DNA of 64,000 bases from Candidatus Latescibacterota bacterium (GCA_965243025.1 CBDETY010000003.1:2656001-2720000); one strand, 5' to 3'. Shown: positions 38,777 through 52,383, counted from the first letter of the stretch. Translations and numbers: made by a program. Notes: generated by a model from the sequence alone, not told the origin.

Positions 38777-39964
38777 TTGAACCGGGAAGAACACAGACTG
38801 CTGATCTTCGGAACCGACTTCCCCCCCGAGTCGGTCGGAACCGCTTCGTACGCCCATGCTCTCGCCACGGGAATGCAGCGACGCGGCGTGCAGGTGACCG
38901 TTCTGACCCGGGATTGCTCCGTGGCCGCGAGCGAGGCGTTCGACCGCGCCCAGCCCTTCTCGGTGATCCGCATGCGGCGGCCCCGGGGCGTTCCCGAGGC
39001 CTACCTCGCCGCCTGGGGCGGCCTCAGGCGAGCCCTGGCGGCAACCCGGCCCCACTGCCTGTGGACGACCAACGGCATGGCGGCGCGGGTCGCCGGCCTG
39101 CCGGGAATAGACCGCCGCCTGCCGGTAATCTCATCGATTCGCGGCACCGACATCCGCACCCGGCTGCCGGGGAGAGGTCCCTGGCGCAGGCTGGAGAGCA
39201 TACCCCAGCGCCGCTGCTACCGGCGCTCGGCCGCCATTGCCGCGGCGAGCGGGTACCTGCGCGAAGCCGCCATCTCCAAGGGGGTCGCCGGCGAACGCAT
39301 CTTCGTCTCCTTCTCGGCGGTCCCGGAGGAGCTGCAACAAATCGCCGACGCAGGCCCTGCCTCCCCCACCCTGGCCGAACGGGGTGCCACGGGCGCCTCC
39401 ATTCTGACCGTCGCGCGCCTTACCGATCAGAAGAAGCTCAATGTGGCGATCGCCGCCATGGAGATCGTGCAGCGCCGCTTTCCCGGAGCCGGCTACACCA
39501 TCGTCGGCGACGGCCCGGAACGCCCCCGCCTGGAGGAGCAGGCGCGGCGCCGGGGGGTGGGCGTCCGCTTCGCCGGGCAGGTCCCGGCCATGTCCGCCGG
39601 CCTGTGGCAATTCTACCGCTGCGCGGACCTGTTCCTGCTGACCAGCAGCGGCGAAGGGCTGGCCAACGTCCTGCTCGAGGCCGGGGCCTTCGGCCTCGCC
39701 AGCGTCGGCCCCTGCTCCGGGGGGGTGCCGGAAGCTCTGGTGGACGGCGAAACCGGCCTGCTCGCCGACGCGGAGGATCCCCGGCAGGTGGCCGGCAAGG
39801 TCATGCAGCTGCTCGCCGACGGCGGCGAGCGCCGCCGCATGGGGGACCGCGCCAGGCGCCGGGTGCGCTCCCTGTTCAGCGTCGACGCCCTCGCCGACCG
39901 CTGCCATCCCGTCCTCGAGTCCGTGCTCGCAGGGGCCCCGCGGGCCGTTGCAGGCAGCCGCTGA
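38777..39964 (+). CDS. Glycosyltransferase family 4
   Basis: DFPPESVG, TVARLTDQK, VGDGPERPRLE, EGLANVLLEA (EX7E). Confidence 0.9.
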   Translation: MNREEHRLLIFGTDFPPESVGTASYAHALATGMQRRGVQVTVLTRDCSVAASEAFDRAQPFSVIRMRRPRGVPEAYLAAWGGLRRALAATRPHCLWTTNGMAARVAGLPGIDRRLPVISSIRGTDIRTRLPGRGPWRRLESIPQRRCYRRSAAIAAASGYLREAAISKGVAGERIFVSFSAVPEELQQIADAGPASPTLAERGATGASILTVARLTDQKKLNVAIAAMEIVQRRFPGAGYTIVGDGPERPRLEEQARRRGVGVRFAGQVPAMSAGLWQFYRCADLFLLTSSGEGLANVLLEAGAFGLASVGPCSGGVPEALVDGETGLLADAEDPRQVAGKVMQLLADGGERRRMGDRARRRVRSLFSVDALADRCHPVLESVLAGAPRAVAGSR

Positions 39965-39965
39965 A

Positions 39966-40829
39966 TTGGCCGATCCCGACGCCGGCCCCGGCCTCCGCCT
40001 GAAAGCCGCCCTGCTCAAGAGAGCCCCGGTACGGAGGGCCGCGGCGGTGCTCGGACGCGACCTCGAACCCCGGCGGTGGATCTTCGTCATCGGCTGCTAC
40101 AACTCCGGCACCACCCTGCTGAGCCGCATGCTCTCCCGCCACCCCGGAATCGCCGCGCTCCCGAGCGAAGGGGTGCGGTTCGCGGACGGACTGCCCCGCC
40201 CCGAGGAGTTCGGCTGGAACCGGATGTGGTGCCGCTGCCTCGACCGGGTGCGGCTCGCCGGGGATCCGGGGGCGGCGCAGCGGGCGCGGCGGATCAAGCG
40301 GCAGTGGTCGCTGCTATACCCCAGGAACGCCCCCAACCTGCTGGAGAAGTCGATCGCCAACAGCGCCAGGATCCCCTTTCTCCACCAGTTCTTCCAGCCT
40401 GCCTTCTTCGTCTACATCATCCGCAACGGGTACGCTGTTGCCGAGGGGATCCGGCGCAAGGCGCTTCCGGGCAAGTGGGGAAACCCCGAATACCCGGAGC
40501 GCTACCCGATCGAGCTGTGCGCCGAGCAGTGGCGGGCATCCGACGACCTCGTCGAGGCGGACCGCGTCCATACGGAGCGGTTCCTCCGCATCCGCTACGA
40601 GGAGCTGACCGCGGCCCCGGAGGCAACCGCGGGAAAGGTGACCGGCTTCCTCGGACTGGAGCCGCTGCCGGCAGGGGCGCTGCTGTCGCGGTGGCGCATC
40701 CACGGGGTCGAAGCAGAGATCCGCGACATGAACCGCGACAGCATCGGCAGGCTTTCCGCCGACGACATCGCCGCCATCGACCGGGTCGCCGGAGCAGCCC
40801 TGGCGAGGAACGGGTACCAGGCGGAATGA
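39966..40829 (+). CDS. Sulfotransferase family protein
   Basis: FVIGCYNSGTTLL (5'-PSB-like), LEKS, IIRNG, IRYEEL. Confidence 0.8.
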   Translation: MADPDAGPGLRLKAALLKRAPVRRAAAVLGRDLEPRRWIFVIGCYNSGTTLLSRMLSRHPGIAALPSEGVRFADGLPRPEEFGWNRMWCRCLDRVRLAGDPGAAQRARRIKRQWSLLYPRNAPNLLEKSIANSARIPFLHQFFQPAFFVYIIRNGYAVAEGIRRKALPGKWGNPEYPERYPIELCAEQWRASDDLVEADRVHTERFLRIRYEELTAAPEATAGKVTGFLGLEPLPAGALLSRWRIHGVEAEIRDMNRDSIGRLSADDIAAIDRVAGAALARNGYQAE

Positions 40830-40956
40830 GGAGCCTGAATGCCCGGGACGCCGCTCCCCCCGGAGGGCTCCGTCGTGGAAGGGACCTGCCGCGGCGGAGA
40901 CGGGACACTCGAGGATCCCGGGTCCGCTCCATGCCTGGAAACGGGATGGTCGCCTG

Positions 40957-42585
40957 ATGCGGGACAGCATGGAGCGCGGAACCGGGATGCCCGTGAAGGA
41001 GGGGGCCAGGCTCAAGGTCGGCCTGCTGCTGCCGGCGAACGGCTCCGTAGCCTGGGTCGAACACCTGGTCCGCGAGATCGCCGCCGCCCCGGTCGCCGGG
41101 ATCGGCCTGATCGGTGTAGCGGAACGGATGGGCGCCGGGCTCGGGCCGCGGGCGGCCTTCTTGTGGCGCTTGTACACCGCGCTCGACCGCGCTGGCGCCC
41201 GCATCCGCCCGGACGCCTTCGCCATGGCTGACCTTTCCGCATCCGTCCCCGTGGAGATCCAGCGCTTCGATCCGCGGGAGCCCCTGCCTTCCAGCGACGG
41301 TCTCGACGTCCTCCTGCTGCTGGGGGAGGCGGCCGGGATACGCGGGCAACTGCACCCCCCTCGCTACGGCCTCTGGTGGTTCGCCGGCGGCTGCGGCGCG
41401 GGAACGGCTGAGGTGGTCTCGGGGGCGGCCGCGACCGCGACCACCCTCTGGGCGGCGCTGCCGGACAAAAGGAAGCATCCGATCTGCCGCTCCTGGTCTC
41501 GAACCAACGACAAGTCGGTCTGGAGAAACCGCCAGCGCCACTGCTGGAAGGCCGCCCACATGCCGGCGCGCAAGCTCAGGGAGCTCCACCACCTGGGCGC
41601 CGCTGCCCTCGCCTGTGCGGGTGGACCGCCAGGGAAGTCAGCGGAGGCAGCTTCCGACAGCGAGGAGGTTGCCGGCCCCGGGAACCTCGAGACCGCGGCG
41701 TTCGCTTTCAGGCTGGCGCGGCGCGCCCTGCGCGGCGCCGTCGAGACAACCCTCTACCGGCCCCAGTGGTGCCTCGCGTACGAGCGCGACCCGGAGCCGG
41801 CACGCCTGAGCCCGGGCCGGTTGCGGCGTTTGATTCCCCCTGGGGACCGCTTCTGGGCCGACCCGTTCCCGGTCGAGGTCGACGGGCGCTGCTTCGTCTT
41901 CGTCGAGGAATGGCTGTACCGCCGTGGCAAAGGGCGCATCTCCGTGCTCGAGCTCGAGGGGGAAAACGTCAGGGAGGCCGGGACCGCCCTCGAGGCGAGC
42001 TTCCATCTATCGCACCCGTTCCTGTTCCGATGGAATGACGAGTTCTACATGATTCCGGAGAGCGGCCGCAACCGGCGCGTCGAGCTGTACCGCTGCCTGT
42101 CCTTCCCTTTGCGCTGGGAGCGGGAAAGGGTGCTCCTCGACGGCCTGTGCGGAGTGGACGCCACCCTCGAGGAGATCGACCGCACCTGGTGGATGTTTCT
42201 CAACATCGGCAAGCGCGGGATCTCCAACCACGACGAGCTGCACCTGTACTACGCGGAAAGCCCTCTCGGTCCCTGGCGGGAGCACGCCGGCAACCCGGTC
42301 AAGTCGGACGTGCGCTCGTCGCGGCCCGCCGGGCGGCTGATCAGGGACAACGGGCAACTGCTGCGTCCGGCCCAGGACTGCACGCCGCGCTACGGCAGCG
42401 CCATCTGCCTCCACCGCATCCTCGAGCTCACCCCCGACCGCTTCGCCGAGGAGCCGGTGGCCCGCCTCGAGGCCGATGCCGTCCCGGGGGCGGACCGCAT
42501 CCACACCCTGAACGGCTGCGGCGGCATCAGGTTCATCGACTTCCAGCGCCGGCGCCCGCGTATCGGCTGGAATTCGCATGACTGA
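40957..42585 (+). CDS. Glucosamine inositolphosphorylceramide transferase (GINT1 N-terminal)-like beta-propeller protein
   Basis: FWADPFP, FVFVEE, HLSHPFLF, YMIPES, RPAG, RPAQDC..YG, IHTLN. Confidence 0.72.
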   Translation: MRDSMERGTGMPVKEGARLKVGLLLPANGSVAWVEHLVREIAAAPVAGIGLIGVAERMGAGLGPRAAFLWRLYTALDRAGARIRPDAFAMADLSASVPVEIQRFDPREPLPSSDGLDVLLLLGEAAGIRGQLHPPRYGLWWFAGGCGAGTAEVVSGAAATATTLWAALPDKRKHPICRSWSRTNDKSVWRNRQRHCWKAAHMPARKLRELHHLGAAALACAGGPPGKSAEAASDSEEVAGPGNLETAAFAFRLARRALRGAVETTLYRPQWCLAYERDPEPARLSPGRLRRLIPPGDRFWADPFPVEVDGRCFVFVEEWLYRRGKGRISVLELEGENVREAGTALEASFHLSHPFLFRWNDEFYMIPESGRNRRVELYRCLSFPLRWERERVLLDGLCGVDATLEEIDRTWWMFLNIGKRGISNHDELHLYYAESPLGPWREHAGNPVKSDVRSSRPAGRLIRDNGQLLRPAQDCTPRYGSAICLHRILELTPDRFAEEPVARLEADAVPGADRIHTLNGCGGIRFIDFQRRRPRIGWNSHD

Positions 42586-44269
42586 AGGGGAGGGCAGCGG
42601 AAAACGGCCGCCCGCGGCAACGGACCAAGAGGCGGCGCACCGGGATCCCGACACTTCCTTCGGCGACATCAGGGACCTCGCCGGCGGCGCCCTGGTGACC
42701 TTCGTCGGCAAGGCGGGCCGCCTGTCGCGGGCCGCCTTCCTCGCCGTGGTCGCCCTCTTCTGCGGCCTCGAGGTGGTCGGAGCCTACTCGGTCGCCTGGG
42801 GGTTCGTCGCCACGGTGAACCGGGTGGCGCGCTTCGGGCTGCAGCGCGGCGTCGTGCGCTTCCTGATCGCCGGCGGGGTCCGCGGCGGGGCCCAGTCGGG
42901 GCGGGCCGCTTCCGGCCCCGCGATCGACGCCGCCCTCGCCGCTTCGCTGCTGATCGGGGCCCTGGCGAGCGCCGCGGTGGTCGCCGCCCTGCTGCTGGCG
43001 ACCGGGCAGGTCGCCGCCTTCTACCACAAGCCAGGGCAGCTGCCCCTGCAGGAACCGCTGCGCATCCTCGCCTGGTCCGCCCCCTTCGTCACCGCCACAT
43101 GGATCTTCCTCTCGGCGACGCGGGCACTTCGCATCATGCGCTACGCCGTGTACGTCTTCTCGATCGCCGGCCCCCTGCTGCTGCTGGCCGGGAGCCTGGG
43201 GATCGCCCTGATCGGCGGTGGGGCGGAGTGGACGAGCCCCGGGCAGCAGCGCGCCGCCCAGTCCGGTTTCGCCGTCGCCGTCGCCTGGGTGCAGCTCGGC
43301 ACCGCGGCGGCATCGGGCGTCCTGGCCGCCGGCTGCTTCAGCCGGCATTTCTCGCTGCGGCGGAGCCTGACCCGGCTGCGGGGAGCGCCGGTCGCGGCCA
43401 TGGCCCGCTTCTCGGCGCCGGTCATGGCCGCCGACGTGATGGTCGCCGTCCTGACTCAGCTCGACGTGCTGATGCTCGGCAAGCTCGTCAGCCTCACGGA
43501 GGTGGGGATCTACTCGGTGGCGCGCCGGGTCGCCAGCTCGATGCTGAAGGCGGTTCAGGCCTTCGACCCGGTTTTCAGCTCCGTGGTCAGCGAGCTGTCC
43601 CACCTGCGCCGGGAGGAGGAGGTCGCCCGCCGCTTCGTCGTCATATCGCGCTGGCTGCTGACCGTCAACCTGCCGATTTTCGCCATCTTGTTTATCGTTG
43701 GTGACAGCCTTCTGGGCTGGGCCGGCGAAAAATGGGTGGGCGAGCCGTCGCAGCTGGCGGTCGGGCTGAAGATCCTCTACGTCCTCGCCGTGGGGATGCT
43801 GCTCCAGGGCACCTTCGCCCTCATCGAGCCGCTGCTGGCCATGACCGGCCGCCCCGGTCTCAACACCTTCAACAACAGTCTCTGGCTGCTGGCGAACTTC
43901 GCGCTGAATCTCTGGTTCATAACAGAATTCGGGGTTGTCGGAGCGGCCTACGGAGCGACCCTGTCGATGTTCTTCGTCAACTCCCTGCGGGTGCTGCAGG
44001 TCTGGCGACTCCACCGCATCCGCCCCCTCGACCGCAGCCAGGTCAAACCGCTCGCGGCGGCCGCCGCCGCGGCCGGAGCGGCCTGGCTCGCATCTGCGGC
44101 CTCGGCCCCCGGATCCCTGCCCGGTGTCGCGCTCGCGTGTGCAACCTTCATCGCCGCCTACGGACTGCTTTTGTGGAGGTTGGGCCTCGAGCAGGAGGAC
44201 CGTCAGCTCCTGCAGCGCGCCGTCCGCAGCCTCGGCTCGAAGCTGGCGGGCCCCCGGAGCTCCCGGTGA
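42578..44269 (+). CDS. Oligosaccharide flippase (Wzx/MOP superfamily)
   Basis: Polytopic membrane protein; FGLQRGVVRF, LDVLMLG...VGIYSVARR, LNLWFITEFGVVGAAYGA. Confidence 0.85.
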   Translation: MTEGEGSGKRPPAATDQEAAHRDPDTSFGDIRDLAGGALVTFVGKAGRLSRAAFLAVVALFCGLEVVGAYSVAWGFVATVNRVARFGLQRGVVRFLIAGGVRGGAQSGRAASGPAIDAALAASLLIGALASAAVVAALLLATGQVAAFYHKPGQLPLQEPLRILAWSAPFVTATWIFLSATRALRIMRYAVYVFSIAGPLLLLAGSLGIALIGGGAEWTSPGQQRAAQSGFAVAVAWVQLGTAAASGVLAAGCFSRHFSLRRSLTRLRGAPVAAMARFSAPVMAADVMVAVLTQLDVLMLGKLVSLTEVGIYSVARRVASSMLKAVQAFDPVFSSVVSELSHLRREEEVARRFVVISRWLLTVNLPIFAILFIVGDSLLGWAGEKWVGEPSQLAVGLKILYVLAVGMLLQGTFALIEPLLAMTGRPGLNTFNNSLWLLANFALNLWFITEFGVVGAAYGATLSMFFVNSLRVLQVWRLHRIRPLDRSQVKPLAAAAAAAGAAWLASAASAPGSLPGVALACATFIAAYGLLLWRLGLEQEDRQLLQRAVRSLGSKLAGPRSSR

Positions 44270-44985
44270 CGCGGCGGGCCATCGTCCTGGCGGCCGGGGC
44301 CGGCACCCGGCTCAACCCGATGACCAACGGACTGCCCAAGTGCCTGGTGCCGTTCGGAGAGCGGCGCCTCGTCGATCTGCAGGTGGCGGCGCTGCAGGCC
44401 GCCGGGGTCGAGGAGATCGTCCTCGTGGTCGGCTTCGAGGCCGACCAGGTCCGGCGCCACTGCCGGGCCCTGCCCGCGGTCCGCTTCGTCGACAACCCCG
44501 ACTTCGGCTCGACCAACAGCATCTACTCCCTCTGGCTCGCCCGCGCCTTTCTCGACCGCGAGACCTTCCTGTTCAACTGCGACATCGTCTTTCACCCGGC
44601 CCTGCTCGAACGGATGCTTGAGGACGGGATGCCGAACGCCGTCGCCGTCGACTCGCGGGTGCGCCGCGTCGCCGGGGAGATGAACGTCCGCATCCGCGAG
44701 TCGGGCGCGGTCGCGGCCATCGGCAAGGACCTCGACCCGTCGAGCTGCCAGGCGCAGAGCGTGCAGCTGGCGAGGTTCGACGCCGCCGGGGCGCGCTCCG
44801 TGGCCGCCGAGGTCGAGCGCCTGGTGGCCGGACGGCGGAAGGACGCGTTCCCGACCTCGGCGTACGGCCCCCTGATCGAGCGCGGCGAGCTGTTCGCGGT
44901 GGAGGGAGGGGACCTGCCCTGGGCGGAGATCGACTCGGTCGACGACTACAACGCCGCAATCTCCACGGTGCTGCCGCGGTTGTGA
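44266..44985 (+). CDS. Phosphocholine cytidylyltransferase-family (LicC-like) nucleotidyltransferase, second copy
   Basis: GTGA overlap; AIVLAAGAGTRL..PKCLV, TNSIYSLWLA, NCDIVF, WAEIDSVDD. Confidence 0.88.
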   Translation: MTRRAIVLAAGAGTRLNPMTNGLPKCLVPFGERRLVDLQVAALQAAGVEEIVLVVGFEADQVRRHCRALPAVRFVDNPDFGSTNSIYSLWLARAFLDRETFLFNCDIVFHPALLERMLEDGMPNAVAVDSRVRRVAGEMNVRIRESGAVAAIGKDLDPSSCQAQSVQLARFDAAGARSVAAEVERLVAGRRKDAFPTSAYGPLIERGELFAVEGGDLPWAEIDSVDDYNAAISTVLPRL

Positions 44986-45004
44986 CCCGCCCCGGGGGCT
45001 TGCG

Positions 45005-46255
45005 ATGATCACCGCCTGGATCGACGCCACCCGGCCGGCGGCCTGCTGGCACCTTTGGGGGATGTCGCTGGTCGAGAGGCAGCTGCGCCAGCTCGCCCTC
45101 AGGGGGGCGGCCACGGCCCGAGTTGCCGTTGTCGAAAACGGCGCGCCCCAGATCCGCGCCGATTTCGCGAGACGCTGCGACCTCGACATCCGTTTCCACC
45201 GGGTGAGCCCCGACGCCGGCTTCGGGGCATCTCTGGCAGCGGTCGAATCCCCTTTGCTCCTGCTCGAAGGAGACGGGGTGTACGACGACCGCGTCCTCGA
45301 CCACCTGCTGGCGGCCGGTCCGGGGAACTCGGTGGCGGGAGGCGGTCTCTGCGCCGCCTGGGCCGATACCGGGCTCGCCGCCGAGCTGGCGCGGGTGCCG
45401 CCCGAAGAGGGCGGGTTTCCCGGGCCTGCCCTGTGGAAGGCGATCTCGGAACAGACACGAGTGACCGACGCCGCCCGGCTCGACTCCTACGTACCGGAGC
45501 TCAGGCTCACCATGCCCCCGGTTGTGTTTCGGCTCGAGCGCCCCGGACAGCTGGGCGAGGTCGAACGGCTGATGTACCGCCGCACCTTCAAGGGGGTCAT
45601 CGACATCGTCGCCAGCCGCGGCTACTACCACCCGGTCCGCTGGATCACCCGCCTCCTGGCCCCCACCGCGGTCTCCCCCAACAGCGTCACCGCCCTGTCG
45701 ATCGCCGCCATCTGGCTGGCGGCACCCTGCTTCGCCCTGGGAATGCCGGGGGCCGGAATCGCCCTGGGCTGGGCCGGCGTGGTCGCCGACAGCGTCGACG
45801 GCAAGCTGGCGCGCCTGACCCTGAACCTCAGCGACCGCATGGGTGCGGTCGAGCACGTCTCCGCGGTCCCCGCCCTGGGGCTCTGGCTCCTCGCTTTCGG
45901 GGGCTGGGTGAGCGACTGGAAGCTGCTGACCTCCTCAGTTCCGGCGGTCGCGACCTGGGTGCTGCTCGCCTGCTTCGCCCTGGACAAGGGGGTCAGCGGC
46001 GGCTTCCGCAGGCTCACCGGCAGGGAGATCTTCGACTACGGCCGCGGCGACGCCCTGTTCCACCCTTTCGCCGCCCGGCGCAACATCCTCCTGCTCATGA
46101 TGACCGCCGGGGTGGCCGCGGACGCGGCCGGAGCCGCTCTCGCGGCGATGTCGGCCTGGATGGCGGCGACCCTTCTGTTTCACGGGCTGCGGGCGCTCCA
46201 GGTGGCAGCTGCCCGGATCGGGAAGCGGCCGGAAGGGAGGGCATCCGAGGGGTGA
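45005..46255 (+). CDS. CDP-alcohol phosphatidyltransferase family protein, second copy (degenerate motif)
   Basis: FKGVIDIV, VSPNSVT, DSVDGKLAR, C-terminal AARRN. Confidence 0.8.
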   Translation: MITAWIDATRPAACWHLWGMSLVERQLRQLALRGAATARVAVVENGAPQIRADFARRCDLDIRFHRVSPDAGFGASLAAVESPLLLLEGDGVYDDRVLDHLLAAGPGNSVAGGGLCAAWADTGLAAELARVPPEEGGFPGPALWKAISEQTRVTDAARLDSYVPELRLTMPPVVFRLERPGQLGEVERLMYRRTFKGVIDIVASRGYYHPVRWITRLLAPTAVSPNSVTALSIAAIWLAAPCFALGMPGAGIALGWAGVVADSVDGKLARLTLNLSDRMGAVEHVSAVPALGLWLLAFGGWVSDWKLLTSSVPAVATWVLLACFALDKGVSGGFRRLTGREIFDYGRGDALFHPFAARRNILLLMMTAGVAADAAGAALAAMSAWMAATLLFHGLRALQVAAARIGKRPEGRASEG

Positions 46256-46379
46256 TCCCTGGCTGCAATACCCCATTCCAGGTCCCGTTCAAGAACGGAA
46301 GGTGCCATCCCCGCTGGACCGGTCATGGCCGCAAGGCCCGAGGAATGGAGGAATTGTCGAAACCAGGCATCCCCATTCG

Positions 46380-49189
46380 ATGACCTCTGAAGAGAACGGC
46401 GCCGTCGCCATCCGCGGGGCCGCGGAGAACAACCTCCGCGAGATCGACGTCGACCTCCCGCACCGGCGGCTCGTGGCCGTCAGCGGAGTCTCCGGCTCGG
46501 GGAAATCCTCGCTGGTGTTCGACACCCTCTACGCAGAGGCGCGGCGGCGTTTCCTCGCGGCGCTCGATACAGCCCGGCCGGGGGCCTCTCCGGCCCGGTT
46601 GCGCCGCCCCCGGGTCGCCCGCATCGACGGCCTGGCCCCCGCCCTGGCCACCGACCAGGCCCGCTCCGGGGGAAGCAATCCCCGCTCGACCGCGGCGACC
46701 GCGGCCGGCATCCACGACTACGTCCGCGCTCTTTTCGCCCAGGTCGGCAAGCCCCACTGCCTTGGGTGCGGCTCCCCGGTGCACTCGCACCGCTTCGAGG
46801 AGCTGCTCGAAACCGCCTCCGCCCTGCCCGCGGGCACCCGTCTCGTCGTCCTGGCGCCGCTGCCGTTCCGGTTGCGTCAGGGAGAGGAAGACCCGCTGCA
46901 GGCAGTGGAAACAACGGGGTACACGCGGCTGCGGCTGCGCGGCGAGACCCCCGCTCTCGAGGAGGTCGACCCGCAGGTGCTCGCCGCGGCGGTCGCATCG
47001 GGGGAAGCGGTCGACATCGTCGTCGACCGGATGGTAGTCAAGCCTGAAACCACGGAACGCCTGCGCGGCTCCCTCGAAGCCGCGGTGGAGACGGGCGAGG
47101 GACGGGTGGGCCTGTTGGAGCCCGGAAAGGAGCCCCAACGCTTCTCGGTCCGCCCATCCTGTTCCGACTGCGGGCGCCCTTTCAAGGCGGTTACCCCTTC
47201 CCTCTTCTCCTTCAACAGCGCCCACGGCGCCTGCGGTGAATGCCGCGGGCTCGGGGCCCGCCGGGGCTCCGGCCCGGACCTGCTGCTGGGGCCCGAACCG
47301 GTCAACGGGACCCTCTCCCCCCTGTGGGACGAGTTCGGCCACGACGACCTGCGCGCCGAGGTGGTCCGGTTCTGCGAGCGCCGCGAGGTCGATCCCGAGG
47401 AGCCGGCGCGGACCTGGCCAACCGGGATCCTCGAGCGGTTCTGGGGCGGAGAGCGTGGCCGCGGCCGCTTCCGGGGAGTCGGCGCCTGGCTCGACCGGCT
47501 GGCGGCGAAAGCCGAAGGAGAGGAGCTGGCCTGGATCGAGGAGCTGACCGCCGACACTGTCTGCTCCGCCTGCGCCGGCAGGCGGCTGAACCCCGACGCC
47601 CTTGCGGTCGAGGTGGCCGGTCTCGACATCGCTTCCTTCCTGGCGCTGACCGTGGACGAGGCCGGGGAGCTCGCGAGGGCTGCTTCGTTCGAAGGAGTCG
47701 ACGGAATGGCTGCGGCCCCCCTGCTCGAACAGATCTCCGGCAGGGCGGCGGTTCTCGGCGATCTGGGCCTCGGCTACCTCACCCTCGACCGGCCTGCCGA
47801 CACCCTGTCGAGCGGCGAGTTCCAGCGCCTGCGCCTGGCCGGGGGCCTCGGCTCGGGCCTTACCCAGGTGCTCTACCTGATCGACGAGCCGAGCGCCGGC
47901 CTCCACGCCCGCGACGCCGGACGCCTCGGGCGCGCTCTGCGCGGCCTGACCGAAGCTGGGAACACCGCGGTGTTCGTCGAGCACGACCCGGCCCTGATCC
48001 GGCTGGCGGATTTCGCCGTCGATCTCGGTCCGGGAGCCGGGTCGCAAGGGGGAGAGGTGGTTGCGGCGGGAACTCCTGAAGAGTTGGCGGCTGCCCGGTC
48101 CCCCACCGGCCGCTACCTGGCCTCCGGGTTCCGCTGGCCCTCGACAAGACCCCAGCGGGACCCGGATGCGGCTTCGGTCCTGCGCATCGAGGAAGCCGCC
48201 GGCAACAACCTCAAGGGTATTTCCGTCGACATTCCCCTGGGACTGTTCCTCTGCGTGACCGGGGTGTCGGGATCCGGCAAGAGCAGCCTGGTCCAGCACA
48301 CCCTCTACCCCGCCCTGGCCGGCAAGCTGCAGCATGCCCGGCAGCGGCCGCTCCACCATGAGGCCATCTCCGGGAGCGAGCACCTCGAGCGGGTGATCGC
48401 CGTCGACCAGCGGCCCCTCGGCCGCGGCTCGCGCTCGAACGCGGCGACCTGCACCGGAATCCTCACCGACCTGAGGGGCCTGTTCGCCAGGACCCGAGAG
48501 GCGCGCGTGCGCGGGTACCGCCCTTCCCACTTCAGCTTCAACGCCGCCGAGGGAGCCTGCGCCTCCTGCCGGGGCAGCGGGCTGGCCGCGGGCGGCGGCC
48601 TGCTTCTGGGTGGCATGCGGAATCCCTGCCCGGGCTGCGGCGGCCGGCGCTACAATCCCGAGGTGCTCCAGGTCCGCTACCGCGGCCTCTCCATCGCCGA
48701 CGTTCTCGACCTGACCGTGGCCGAGTCCCTTTCCTTCTTCGAGTCGGTCCCCGGCCTCGAACGGCGCCTGCGCCTCCTCGCCGAGCTCGGCCTCGGGTAC
48801 CTTCCCCTGCGGCAGTCCGCCTCGCAGCTGTCGGGGGGCGAAGCGCAGCGCGTCAAGCTCGCCTCCGAGCTGAGCCGGCCGCAGCGGCAGCGGACCCTCT
48901 ACATCCTCGACGAGCCGACGACCGGCCTGCACCTCGACGACGTCGGTTTCCTGGTCGAGCTGCTGCAGCGGCTCGTCGACCGCGGCAACACGGTGCTGGT
49001 GGTCGAGCACTGCATCGAGCTGATCGCCGCCGCCGACTGGGTGATCGACATCGGCCCGGAGGCCGGGGCCGGCGGCGGAGAACTCGTCGCGGCGGGGACG
49101 CCGGAGCAGGTGGCCGCGGCGGAGGGTTCCTGGACGGGGCGCTTCCTTCGCACCCATCTCGAGTCTCGCGAAACCGACGGAGACCGGAA

Positions 49190-49193
<4 letters not shown>
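46380..49193 (+). CDS. UvrA-like ABC ATPase (divergent excinuclease ABC subunit A paralog)
   Basis: Two [10 protein letters not shown] Walker A motifs, FSFN..GAC Zn motifs, LSSGEFQR and LSGGEAQR signatures, DEPSAGLH and DEPTTGLH. Confidence 0.85.
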
Positions 49194-52328
<3,135 letters not shown>

Positions 52329-52353
52329 GAAGCAATGCACCCGGAGGCACCTG

Positions 52354-52383
52354 TTGAGAAAAGCCGGGGGCCGGCGGTATAAT
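52354..52383 (+). promoter_or_regulatory. Putative sigma70 promoter for the Gfo/Idh/MocA gene
   Basis: TTGAGA-N18-TATAAT. Confidence 0.5.

Noticed and set aside
46285-46297. CCGTTC-AA-GAACGG palindrome upstream of the UvrA-like gene as a LexA box
   Set aside because: Orientation and spacing do not fit the GAAC-N4-GTTC or CTGT-N8-ACAG boxes
29145-46300. Lipid locus as a tRNA-Gly-integrated genomic island
   Set aside because: No integrase and no duplicated tRNA 3' end found at the far boundary; composition looks like the flanks
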